Below are positions 24,471-36,544 of a DNA stretch of 64,000 nucleotides, piece after piece (the stretch's first letter is position 1; every line of letters starts with the position of its first letter). Made by a program: the position numbers and the translations under genes. The DNA is from Heptranchias perlo (lineage: Eukaryota). The stretch lies in NCBI RefSeq assembly GCF_035084215.1, contig NW_027138407.1, positions 930,001 through 994,000 of the forward strand, given 5' to 3'. Under the pieces are notes generated by a model that worked only from the letters and a program-made list of their open reading frames with translations, was not told where the DNA came from and ran no database searches.

Positions 24471-26710
24471 TGCGTTTTCCTGTTTTCTGCACTCGGTGGA
24501 TCAAGAAGGTTACTAGGAAATCGATTTAATTCGGTGTGATTCTGATGTGCAATCGATTATATTATTTCTGCCAGATACGACGGTAGTTATCTCTTTTATC
24601 TTCACCAATGGCCAGGGAACGAGGCAAGTGCTGACGCTTTATTGTCACTGACACGCCCTCAAGTGGCTCGATTTCTCAATTATCCTCTGAACAAAAACAG
24701 TAAAGATCACCGTTAACGCGTGCTGAACTGGTGCTGGAGTGGGTCAGAGACTGACCTTTTAAACTCTGGGGCCTGCGCTCACATCCATACACAGACACCC
24801 AGGGGATGAAGGTATCCTCTGTCTGATGGGAACTGGGTGGGGCGGTGGGTCAGATATTGACCTCTTAACCTCTGGGTCCTGGGGTCAAATGGAACAAACA
24901 GATAGGGGTGAAGGTCTCTTCTCTCTGATGGGGAACAGGTTGGAGCAGCGGGACAGTCCTTTCCTACCTGGAACGTGGGTTATAGAACAGTTGGGTTGGA
25001 AAGAATAGAGAACTGTTGTCTCTGATGGGGACTGAGCAGATCCGTTGGTTTAACGCTGGTATTTCTCCTGCATTGAAATACAGCCCAGAAATTGAGTAAA
25101 GGGGGAATTTGGTTTCTGCTGTGAAGGTCTTGAATTTAATTGGGGGGGGGGGGGGTAGGGGGTTTGACGTTTGTTGTCGTGGCAAGGTGGTGATATACGT
25201 GATTATGCTGATTACACTGGCCACACAGTATTGACTTCTCCCGCCTTCTACTACATAAACCGTCACCTAATCGAAGATAATGTTTGAGGAATGGAGTCGA
25301 AAATAAATACTTGGGTATTTTCGCTGCATCGAAAATCACCAACGTAGTAGCTGCGCCACCTGGCGACCCATTCGAGTTACATCGAGTTGCATCGAAACCA
25401 CAGCAGAGAAACAGGTCATTCGGCCCAACTGGTCTATGCAGAGGCTTATGCTCTACAAGAGCCTCCTCCCTCCCTAATGCATCTAACCTTATCAGCATAC
25501 TCTTCTATTCCTTTTCCCTCATGTACTTATCTAGTTTCTCCTAAAATGCATCTCTGTTATTTGCCTCAATTACTCCTTGGAGTAAATACTTTTTTGCCAA
25601 ATTTGTCAATGAGGGAAGAACAGTGAGAGAAACAGAGAGTCAATGATGGAAATAAAGGGTGAGAGATTAAGATAAACAGAGGGAAAGAGTGAGGGAAAGA
25701 AAGGGAGTGGGAGAAACAATGGAAGAGGCAGGGAGAGAAGCAATAGCTAAAGTAGAAGCAAGAATTCGAGGAAACAAAAGCCAATAACATAAATATGTAA
25801 GCTAGCAAGTGATATGGAAAGGTTTAATCTGGAAAACGACTTTAACTTAAACAGCGGCCGTAGGATAAGTGGGCACAGGTTCAAACTAGTAAAAGGCAAT
25901 ATTAGGACTGAGATCAGTAGATTCTTGCTCACACAGGGAGTGATCGAGATTGGAATGGACTCCGGGCAAAGTGACAGAGTCCAAAACTACGAAATTACTT
26001 TAGAAACAACTAGAGGATTTTTTTTATTGCAGGGATGTTTCCGGAAGGATGAATTAAGATGGGACGAGCGGATTTCCTCATCCACAAGAACCTTGTGATC
26101 TTGCAATTGGTCTGCTGCAGTGAAAAGGAAAACACGATGAGGGAGCTCCCTCTGGTGACTATGTGAGGTAAATGGCCCTCGGCCTGGGAAATTATTGAAT
26201 TCTCAAATTACTAATGCATGTTGTTGGATGATTACGTCACATTTAATGCAGATAAATATATCCACGACGTTGATTGCAACGCCAGATTAAACCCTGGTGA
26301 TTCCATTTGTTTATTTTTAGGAACGCAGACATACATGTTGAATGATGCTCGCTTGAAACAATACGAAACCACAGAGATGCCGATGAGATGCCGACTATTA
26401 TTTACCGTGCCATATACAAAGGATGTCGATTTGTCTCATGATTCCTGCCTATATAATATACTGTGGGATTTTTAATGTAACTGGTGCCAATTTAAACGTC
26501 TCGGAGCTGACGTTATTATCTAATATCTACTGCTAATGTTAATGGAACACATTGTTTGGTGCAATGGTAGAAATCAGAGATTGAGTCAAATGGGATTTTT
26601 AAAATTCTGCACCTTCAGGGAACACAGTAGAGAAAGCTACAGAGAGAGAAAACGAGAGAGTGTCTCCAAGATAGAGTAAGAGGAGATGGAGACACAGAAT
26701 GAATGAAAGA

Positions 26711-27306
26711 CCTGAATATGGTGGGGATTACAAACACACCATATTGATGCAGAGCACGGGGAGAGAGAACGGGATCCTGAACACGCTCGGGATTACAGAC
26801 ACAGAGATACAGAGCACAGAGACAGAGAGTACAAAGACATGAAGATGGTGGGGATTACAGACACAGTGATACAGAGCACGAGGAGAGAGTACAAATAACT
26901 GAACATGGTGGGGGTAACAGACACTCAACAATACGAAAGACCGGGACAGAGAGCACAGAAATCTTAAGGTGGTGGGGATGTCAGATACAGAGCACAGGGA
27001 GTAAGTAAACAATCCTGAACATAGTGAGGATTACAGACACACGGTGTTACAGATTCACAGCGAGAGGCTGGAAAAACATGAAAATGGTGGCGATTGCAGA
27101 CACACGGTGATACAGAGCACAGGGAGAGATCTTACAAAACCTGAACAAGGTGCGGATTACAGATACACTGTGGTGCAGAGCACAGGGAGTGAGTACGAAA
27201 ATATGATCACAGTGGGGATTACAGGCACACGGCGATACAGAGCACAGGGAGAGAGTGCAAAAACCTGAACATAGTGTGGATTACTGATACACTGTGGTGC
27301 AGAGCA
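26711..27306 (+). repeat. ~62-bp minisatellite (~10 units) whose unit is an RSS-like heptamer-22/24bp-nonamer
   Basis: Consensus by eye: CCTGAACATGGTGGGGATTACAGACA-CACRGTG-ATACAGAGCACAGGGAGAGAGT-ACAAAAA. Examples: CACAGTG(26862)-22-ACAAATAAC and CACGGCG(27228)-22-GCAAAAACC. Confidence 0.85.
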
Positions 27307-28016
27307 TTATTGTACGATCCGCTGTCGGCCATGTTTGTGTGACATGTGGTCGTCCATGTTTCTGTGATGTGCAGTCGGCAATGTTGTATGACAACACGCA
27401 GCGTATGTGACCCATTTATTTAAATCAATCAGCTCAATTGAAAAGGTAAGAGAATTCTGTTTCTAGTAAAGTGACCGCTCAGTCTTAATCAGTAAAACTG
27501 AACGTTTGGCTCCCGAGAGATTTCAAAAAGCGCTCTCTGAAAACGGTTGGTGCGGTGCGCATGTGCGAACAGCTCTCCCAGGGTACAGCGCGGCTCGTGT
27601 CACAGATAGGGGCTTTACTCTGCCGCAGTGAATTGTGGGATCTGTTGTCCTCCATGGGCGGGTCATGAACTGAGTGAATCCAAACCCAACCTGCTTCCAG
27701 CCGGAGCTGCCCGGGTTGTCAGTCCCGACACACTGCGGGTGTCCTGTTGAGCGGAGCAGATTGGACATTTAATCCTGGAAAGCGGAGGAGGAGGTGACCG
27801 ATCATCAACCCAACCGGTGAATGACAGATTGAGCCAAAGGAAAGGAAAGAAGAAACTTTACTGGTCCGTGTGGAAACAGGAGGACGAATAAATTTAAACC
27901 CTAGGGGGGAAGTATGACGACAAGAAAGAAACATTTTAATGGACAGAAAGCATTATTTCCGCAAATGTAAAGAATCTTACAGCACCAGGTTATAGTCCAA
28001 CAATTTTATTTGAAAA

Positions 28017-28053
28017 TCACAAGCTTTCGGAGATTACCTCCTTCGTCAGGTGA
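28017..28053 (-). ncRNA. Minimal type-I hammerhead-ribozyme-like motif (left arm)
   Basis: Exact reverse complement of 28309-28345. Confidence 0.5.
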
Positions 28054-28308
28054 GTGAGTGTGGGACTCCTTGAACGTTTCGCATTTATAGTCATAGAACA
28101 ATACCTGGATGTTCCTTTTGGATGTTTCTCCCTCTCTCTCTCTGTCTTGTGTTCTGGCCGTTTGTGTATTCGGTGGTCCTGTTGGTAACACCTCTCCGTC
28201 TGAACACTTTGATTGCCTTGACAACGGGCAGTTGGAAAGATTATCTGTAATCACCAGGTAATGTTCTCTAACTATAAATGCGAAACGTTCAAGGAGTCCC
28301 ATACTCAC

Positions 28309-28345
28309 TCACCTGACGAAGGAGGTAATCTCCGAAAGCTTGTGA
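28309..28345 (+). ncRNA. Minimal type-I hammerhead-ribozyme-like motif (right arm)
   Basis: UCAC-CUGACGA-A-GGAG(GUAAU)CUCC-GAAA-GCUU-GUGA: helix I UCAC/GUGA, catalytic core CUGANGA/GAAA, helix II GGAG/CUCC, palindromic AGCU helix III. Confidence 0.5.
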
Positions 28346-29999
28346 TTTCCAAATAAAATTGTTGGACTATAACCTGGTGTTGTAAGATTCTTTACATTTG
28401 TCAAACCCAGTCCATCACCAGCATCTCCACATCATTATTTCCGCAGAGGGAGGTAAGATGTCGAATATTCTGCCAGAAAGTATTAGTGACTCGGATTGCG
28501 TGAATTACTTTAAAAATGAAGCACATTGGGGATTTAGAGGTTTATTGAAGGGTGTGAGGAGCGAGATCAAAAGTGCAGATTTGACCGGCTTAATCTCCTT
28601 TTTTAGTGTTTTAAGGTACTAAGGTTCATTGAGAATGAATTTGTGAAAAATGTTTTTTATCCTGTACATTTTGCGACATCGTATAAACATTCCAAAATAT
28701 TCTCCCGGTGTCCTGGCCGACAAATCCACGTTATATTCATTGCAGAGAAAGTTTACATGTACATGAGACAACAGCCACAATCGACTAACAAACAAATCCA
28801 TCGAAATGTAATGGAATATGAATGAAACAGACACGATTTTCCTTTTCTGTTCCAACGTGAGTTGCTTGTAACTTTCTCACAGTGTACGGCAGTGTCGTCG
28901 TTCAGTTCCTATACTCATAATCCAGAGAACGCGAGTTCAGCAAATAAAAAATTGGACATAATGAGCTGGTATCAGTAATAGTGACCGCGATGCTGTTGGG
29001 TTGTCCAAAAAAAACCAACTTTTGCATTAATGTCCCTTTAGGGGAAGGACACCTGCCTTCCTTATCCTGCCTGAGCTCTATGTGACTTCAGTCTCATTAC
29101 CAATTTGGGTGACTAGTAACTGACTCCTGAAGTGGTCTAGCAAGTCATTCAGCTGTATCAAACCACTGCAGCACTTCAAGAAGAAGACCCATCATCACCT
29201 TCTCAGGGCAACTCGGAATGGTTAATAAATGCCGGCCTTGCCAGCGACATCCACATCCGGAGAATGAATTTTTAAAAATACTTTCTGTGTGCCATTCCTT
29301 GTGACGCACGTTCCCCGAATAGTTCCTGGGCCCTTCATGGTTTGGTCGGATTTTCAATGGTCTCCAAATCTTCATTATCTTCACCGCTGAAACCTCCTCC
29401 AGGCGTTCGTGATTCAGACTAAAAGCTGCTGCAATCAGATACATGGACCATTTTATCAATGGATTTGCACATTTCTCAGCAGATCATCTTAAACCCGATT
29501 GTGAAGTTATTTACAGAACGGGTGGTCGACCCTGTAGACGTGACCAGACTCTATCTTTTTTTACCCAGTGTCCATCGAGTGAGACAGAGACAGGATGGAG
29601 AATCCGCTCCCCTGAGGACAGATGAACTCACCAATTAACCCCAAGTGCTTTATGGGAGCAGAAAAAGATTTGAAAACACGTATTTGCTGATAGAGAGGGT
29701 GACCTTGTCGCCAGCAACCGTAGTTCAGCAGTTAATGGCCGAGTCTGTGTGTGATCTCCTGTATAATACGCGCAGAGATCGGCGTTTCCAGAAAGATGCT
29801 GCCGGGTGATTCCTGGGGAATTGCTGCCACCTAGTGGAATTCGTCATAATTTCTTCCTGAGAATTTTGCCTTCAATCCAAGTTTCGGTGAACTACTGTTT
29901 CCGATTTACTCTCGAAAAATATGTTAAACCAATCCTTAATTGACCGCTTGGCGGGCGTTACTTCCGAAGCAACATTGCACCGGTATAACCGGTATATGA

Positions 30000-30662
30000 G
30001 AAAGTTGATCAAGCCATTAAAACAATTTACAGAAGCATTATAAATAGGGGCGTCGAGTACAAAAGCAAGGAAGTTATGCTAAACCTGCATAAATAACTGG
30101 TTTGGCACCAGCTATAGCATTATGGCCAATTCCGGGCAGCACACTTTAGGAAGGACGCCTAGGTCTTGGAGAAGTTGCAGAGAAGATTTACTAGAATGGT
30201 ACTAGGGATGAAGGGCTTCAGTTATCTGGAAAGACTGTAGAAGCCGGGATTGTTCGCCTTACAGGAGAAAGGATTACGAGGAGATTTAATAGAGGGGTTC
30301 AAAATTATGAGGGGTTTTGATAGAGTAAATGAGGAAAAAATGTTTCCACTGGCAGGAGGGCCGGTAACCAAAAGACACAGATTTAATTTTATTGGCAAAA
30401 AAAACCAGGGGGGGGGGAGATGAAGAGAATTCTTTTTAGGCAGCGAGTTGTTATGACTTGGAATCTACGGCCTGAAAGGGTGTTGGAAGCAGATTCAATA
30501 GCAACTTTCAAAAGAGAATTGGATCTCTGCTTAAAACGAAATGAAATACAGTTCTATGAGGAAAGGAGCAACGGTGCGGGACTAATTGGACAGCTCTTTC
30601 AGCGAGCCAGCACAGGCACGATGGGCCGAATGACCTACTTCTATGTTGTACGCTTCTATGAT
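30000..30662 (+). mobile_element. CR1-like LINE 3' fragment
   Basis: EYKSKEVMLNL, GDLIE.FKIMRGFDRV and QRVVMTWN motifs, plus the CR1 tail. Confidence 0.8.
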
Positions 30663-30962
30663 AACCAGTTCCAGACCACCTGCATGTGTATGCATTCTGA
30701 ATGAGTCTGGCGAGTTCCCAGATATTTACTAATCAACAGCAGCAAATTCTACCCTCACACAGTTAATGCAATAATCAGACGGAATCAGTATTCGATGTGA
30801 ATGGTTTTATGTGAGGTTTGAGTGGTTCCTGCTCGGGGTCTGTGCGCACGGGAATACATTCATGGGTCGGTGGCTGGCACGCTATTGTAAGGAGACCGCA
30901 ACAGTGACCCAGAAACATGCAACAGTTATTGTACGAGACTTTTGCTCGTTCCCATCACTGTG

Positions 30963-32058
30963 AGACTCGATGCACAGTAATACTCGGCGGCGTCAGACAG
31001 TCGCAGCTGCGAGATGATCAATTGATACAACTTGTCTGACTGCTGGATTGTATCAGTAAACCGGCTTTGAGCGAAATCCACCTGATATTCAGAACGGCCG
31101 TTCACGTCTCTCCGGACGGCAAACTCGGGTTGTCTGCCTGGGTACTGGCGGTACCAGAATAAGTAATAGCCATCGCTGGGATAGGTGCAGGTTAAAATGG
31201 CAGCTTTTCCCTCTGTCTGTGTGACCGAGGACTCCCTTTGAGAAACAGAAACTCCATCGCTCAGATCTGGAACACACGGTTAAAGAAGGCGGAGGTGATC
31301 GAATAAAAGTCCAAACTGAACTGAACTGACGGTGAAAATGCATCTAAATGCCGATTGAGATTTACATAGAATTACATAGACTTTAGAGAACAGACACAGG
31401 CCACTAGGCCCATCTGGTCTATGTCAGTGTTTGTGCTGCGGACGAAGCTCCTCTCATCCCACTTCATCTAACCCTATCAGCATAACCTTCTATTCCTGTC
31501 TCCCTCGTGCACTTATCTGGCGTCCGCTTAAATGCATTCGCACTATTCACCTCAACCATTCAATGTGGTAATGAGTTCCACTCTTTGGGTAAAGACGTTT
31601 CTCCTGAATTCCTTACTAGATTTAATACGTAATTTCTTACACTTTTGACCGCTAGTGTTAGATTCCCAAAAAGCAGAAATATGTTCTCTACGTCTACCTT
31701 ATCAACCGCTTCATAATCTTAAAAACCTCCAACAGATGGACCCTCAAATTTCTATTTTCTAGAGAAAAGAGTCACAGCCTGTTGAATCTTTCCTGATAGT
31801 TATAAGCTTCCCGTTCTGGTATCATCCTTCTAATTCTATTCTTGCACCTCTCCGATGCCTCTATATCCTTTTTATAACATGAAGACAATAACTGTGCACA
31901 ATACTCTAAGTTTGGACAAACCGAGGTTCTATACAAGTTTAACATAACTTCTCTGCTTGTCAATTCTATTCATCTAGAAATGAACCCCTTTTAAAAGTTT
32001 TAACCTTCTTACCGAAAATGAATGTCACACACAACACCACGAGAACGGGAAGTCGCAT
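30963..32058 (-). CDS. TCR alpha/delta-type V segment, apparently functional ('GVSVTQRE' family, inverted copy)
   Basis: Leader 32058-32013 (MRLPVLVVLCVTFIF). V exon 31266-30963: GVSVSQRES..LTCTYPSDGYYLFWYRQYPG..DAAEYYCASS. RSS CACAGTG(30962-30956)-23-ACAATAACT(30932-30924). The intron carries the family CR1 fragment (~31365-31990). Confidence 0.9.
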
Positions 32059-32249
32059 TTCTCCTGCTCCCGAATTCAAGGGGCTTTTAGTGTCTCAAAA
32101 ACCTGAAGAACATCGAACAGAAAGAGAATAGAGTGACGGCCGGAGCTGGTCTGATGTCATTTACTTAACCACAAGTATGTGTTTATTTCAGAGAACTGAG
32201 AGTAACGTCATATCCTGCTGAGTAAAGGGAGCAAGACCAAGAATAAAAC

Positions 32250-32577
32250 AGCTTGTTCTCTAATTGACCTGAGGGACAGCTTGATGTCGAATTTACCTGA
32301 GAGACAGCTTGATCTCTAATTGACCTGAGAGACAGCTTGATCTCCAATTGACCTGAGAGACAGCTTGATCTCTAATTGACCTGAGGGACAGCTCGATCTC
32401 GAATTGACCTCAATTAAAGTTTTATCTCTAATTCACCTGCGAAACAATTTTATCTCAAATTAAACTGAGAAACAGTTTTGATCTCTAATTGATCTGAGAA
32501 ACAGTTTGATCTCTAATTCAGCAGAGAAACAGTTTGATTTCTAATTCACCTGAGAAACAGTTTGATCTCTAATTAGC
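32250..32577 (-). repeat. 28-bp minisatellite, ~11-12 units, upstream of the inverted V
   Basis: Reverse complement of the 11757-12140 unit. Confidence 0.85.
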
Positions 32578-33814
32578 CATGATAGTGCAGCCATCGTGGT
32601 TTGGAATGGGCTCGATGGGCCAGCTGGTCTTTTCCTGCCCTAAATTTCGCATGTTCGTATGTACACTATCAAAATCTTTCATGATTTTCAACACGTCTAC
32701 GAAATCTACCCTTGACCTTCATTTCTCTAAGGAGAACAACCGCAGTTTCTCCAGTCTCTCCGCTTAACTGAAGTCCCCCATCCCTGGCACCATTCTAATA
32801 AATCTTCTCCGCACCCTCTCTAAGGCCTTGACATCCTTCTAAAAGTGTAGATTGAAACAAATTAAATCTTTCTGTCTCCTTCAGACATTATTTCTAAGGA
32901 CACGTGGCATCTTAAATTTGGACTGAGAAGTAATCTGAGTATTATTAATATTGATAACAATAATATTACTTGTTCTGATAGTGAAGTCAGTTACTTATCT
33001 AGTCAGCAACACAGGCCTCTGCATAGTTCAGGTTTCAATAAGGTCACTGTCGTCACCTGCTGATGAAACACTTCGACTACACCCCCCAGACAGGTTGGTT
33101 TTAAAATATTATTCATAACTCCACATACAATAATTTGCATTTACCTTGCGGCGTTCAATCAGCAGAGCTTCTCAGAGCAATCCACAAGATGAGCAAGAGA
33201 TCAGAAGGAATTAAGGGCAAAAGGGCCACAATTACCGTTATAAATTCTAAGAAGATATTTAATGGGAAGATGTAACGTTGTTGAGGGAGAAACAGGCAAC
33301 GAAGAAGGGAATCACAGCTGCAAAGAAATATTTCTAACCTCTAATGGTGGGACAGGAGGAAGAGCTGCATCTGAGTTTCCTTTGGGTAGCTACGAACCTG
33401 CGCCTCTCACAGCAGGTTGAAACTTGCTGCAATGAGCGAAGAGAGCGCTGAAAAAGCCCACATTTGAAAGGCGGTTTAAATGGTGAATTGCATTGTGAAG
33501 GTGCTTGAGTCGAACGACCTACTTTCCAGTGTTACGGTTTCAGAAAACAGCTGAAACCGATTTCAGTGCCGTTGGCACACCTGTGTCTGTAGATTTGACG
33601 TCCATCGAATGTTACAAATGAAACAGAATTGTATTTCCTGTTTCTATTTTGAATCCATATACGGTCATAAAGGAATGGATAAAGTAGTGATTCCATTGAT
33701 CTCTGGGATCTATGTTCAATACCATCCAACGTTGAGGTGTCCAAAGTCTCCCCTTTCTGTTGGGATACTGGACGATGCATTGGATTATACACTGTCATTT
33801 CAACTCAGCTGTCA

Positions 33815-34030
33815 ATCTTGACTCAGTGGGCATCACTCTCGCCTCTGAGTCAGAAGGTCGTGGGTTCATAGTGCCACTCCAGAGAACTGAGCCCATAATC
33901 CAGGCTGGCATTCCCATTGCAGTACTGAGGGAGCGATACATTGTCGGTTTTGCCGTCTTTCGGATGAGACGTTAAACCGAGGCCGCGTTTGCCCTTTTTG
34001 GTGGACTTAAATCTCATAAGGCCACTACTT
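33815..34030 (+). mobile_element. tRNA-derived SINE with a Deu-like domain
   Basis: tRNA-like head (CTCAGTGG..GCCTCTGAGTCAGAAGGTCGTGGGTTC) followed by GCAGTACTGAGGGAG..TTTCGGATGAGACGTTAAACCGAGG. A 5'-truncated copy lies at ~48140-48420. Confidence 0.7.
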
Positions 34031-34099
34031 CGCAAATTCCTTGCTTTCACTCACCTCCCAACATTCACCTCTGCCAAATTACCAACAGTCACTTCAATA

Positions 34100-34722
34100 T
34101 ACAAGTGTGAGGTGGTACATTTTGGGAGGTAAAATAAGGAGGCCACGTACTCCTTGGAAATAAGACTCTAAATGGGGGAGAGGAGCGGAGGAATATGGGG
34201 GTATAGATACACAAAACACTAAAAGTAGCAACGCAGGTTGATAAGGCCATAAAAAGAATCAAACAAAGAACTGGGGTTCATTTCTCGAGGGAAAGAAATG
34301 AAAAATGGGGAAGTTATGTTAAACTTGTATAGAGCCTTGGTTAGACCATTCTTGGAGTATTCTTGGAGTATTCTGAACAGTTCTGTTCTCAATATTAAAA
34401 GAAGGGTAACGGCACATTGGAGAAGGCACAAAAACAAATTTAATAGGATGATACCAGAATTGAGAGGTTGTATATATCAGGAAAGATTGAACAGGCTGGG
34501 ATTCTTTTCTCTAGAATAGAGAAGACTGAGGGGTGACCTGATAGACGTCTTTAAGATTATGAAAGTGTTTGTTAGGGTATACGTAGATAAGATGTTTCCA
34601 CTTGCAAGGGAGACCATAACTCGGGGCTATAAATATAGGATAGTCCCGAATAAATCCAATAGGGAATTCAGGAGAAACGTCTTTACTCAGAGAGTGGTTA
34701 GAATATGGAACATGCTACCATA
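34100..34722 (+). mobile_element. CR1-like LINE fragment
   Basis: EVMLNLYRALVRPFLEY..ERLNRLGFFSLE. Confidence 0.82.
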
Positions 34723-36228
34723 ACGATTATGTGCCCTCCTTATTCTTCCTACCAAAATGTACCAGATCACACCTATCTATATTGTCTTCCAACATTATGA
34801 CGCAGTCGTCCTCAGTATTAAGTACACCCACCAATTTGGTGTCCTCCACAAATTTTGAAATTGTACCTCCGAATCCCGAGTCCAAATCGTTGTCAAATCA
34901 TGAACAACCATTTCTTCATTCTGGGGAAGGAGCAGGGTAGTGGGCCTAATTGGATAGCTCTTTCAAAGAGCCGGCACAGGCAAGAAGGGCCGAATGACCT
35001 CATTCTGTGCTGTTTGGCTCATTGATTCTACGATCGTTTTCAGTCTGCAACTGAAGTGAGTCAGCCGAGGGTCAATAGCATCAATCCCTGTGGAACACCA
35101 CTTCCCAACTTTTGCCAGTCTGAGTAACCATCTTTAACCCCTACTTTCTGTTTTCTGGTTTGTAGCCAGCTTTCTGTCCATTCTGCTACCTGTCCCCTGA
35201 CTGTGCATGCTCTAACCTTAACATGAATCTACTATGAAGTAACTTATCACAGTCCTTTTCAAAATACAAATATATTAAATCTACTGCGTTACTCTTGACT
35301 ACCCTTTCTGCTCCTTCTTGAAAGAATTCAATAAAGTTGGTCAAGCATCACCTTCCCTTTTGAAATCCATTTTGAATATCGTTTTCAATAGCTAATGTTG
35401 TTCTGCTATCACTGCCAGAAGCTCCCGTTAAATGCACTGCTCACTGGCCATTCGAACGACCCACAGCCGATAGAAAGGGGGAAACAGACGGGCAGCGACT
35501 CCTGAGGGATTTAAACACAATGGTGCGATAAATTAGACAAACAGCACCTTTTATATGAATGAAATGCGGAGTGACTGACAGATATGAGCAGAATGGGAGG
35601 GTGCAAACAGCCGATGAGTTCAATAATTCTGTGTTAGCTACTCATTAAAATATTCACAACATGTTATCATTAATAATCATTTAATAATTCATAACATTAT
35701 TTAAAATACATCGCAACTTGCATTTGAAATTAATGCCTCTTTTTCCGAATGTGTTTCTTTTATCTCTTTTCTTAAATAAAGTAACTTGAAAAGAAGAAAT
35801 GTAGACGACGATGGGGAAAGATTAGGGGAGTGGGACTGATTGGATAGCTCTTTCTAAGAGCCGGCAATGGCAAGATGGGCCGAATGGCCTCCTTCTGTGC
35901 TGTATGATTAATTGATTCTATGAATAATCTCACTCTGCAACGGAAGCGAATAGACTAACTATTGCTGCAGGGTCAGCCCAGGGTCAATAGCCCGGTGGTA
36001 CTTTAAATTGACTTGAACTTCCCTGCTTAACAGGCATAGGCTAAAGGTTACCATTACTATAATATGCAGAGGAATCAATAGCAGTATAACATTAGCAAAC
36101 TTCAGGACAGTCTGATTAACCCTTTGTTTACAGCATGAATGGAGCCTGTGGAACTCTACCCCACAAAGGAGTCAACATATTCAGGGCAGTCTCATTAACC
36201 CTTTCTTAGCAGAATGACGGCGCCCTGG

Positions 36229-36522
36229 AACAGAAATACATGGCAGTATCGGAGATCATGGCATTGCTCATCGTTAGCTCGGTAATTTTAGTAGTTTTGT
36301 TAAATGTGGAAGAACATCAATGAGTGAAGTCGGGGTTCTGGTTTATTATCCTTCCGGTAAGCCAGATCACGCACTGTGGAGACTGCACGGGTTGCTGACG
36401 GTACCAGAACACATAAAGGCTAGGTCTGTTTGTTTTGAACGTGCAGGTTACTGTGACATTACTTTCTTCTTCAACCGTCATTTCAGGACCCTGCTGTTCC
36501 ACTATGGCATGGTGACTCCATT
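36229..36522 (-). pseudogene. TCR V pseudogene, paralog of 45605-46097
   Basis: VEQQGPEMTV..VTCT..VFWYRQQP..DFTH*(36319-36317)..DTAMYFC. The RSS is deleted and the leader appears cut by the LINE insertion near 37010. Confidence 0.85.
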
Positions 36523-36544
36523 CTAAAATACAAGGTAGTAATGG

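Larger units (their letters stand above)
27964..28432. mobile_element. Penelope-like retroelement fragment with ~145-bp inverted arms and a 13-bp TSD
   Basis: Inverted arms ~27964-28108 and ~28254-28399. Direct repeat CATTATTTCCGCA at 27951-27963 and 28433-28445. Empty site in the inverted paralog near 9895-9910. Confidence 0.75.

Noticed and set aside
33815-33890. tRNA gene
   Set aside because: It is the tRNA-derived head of a SINE and continues into the SINE body.
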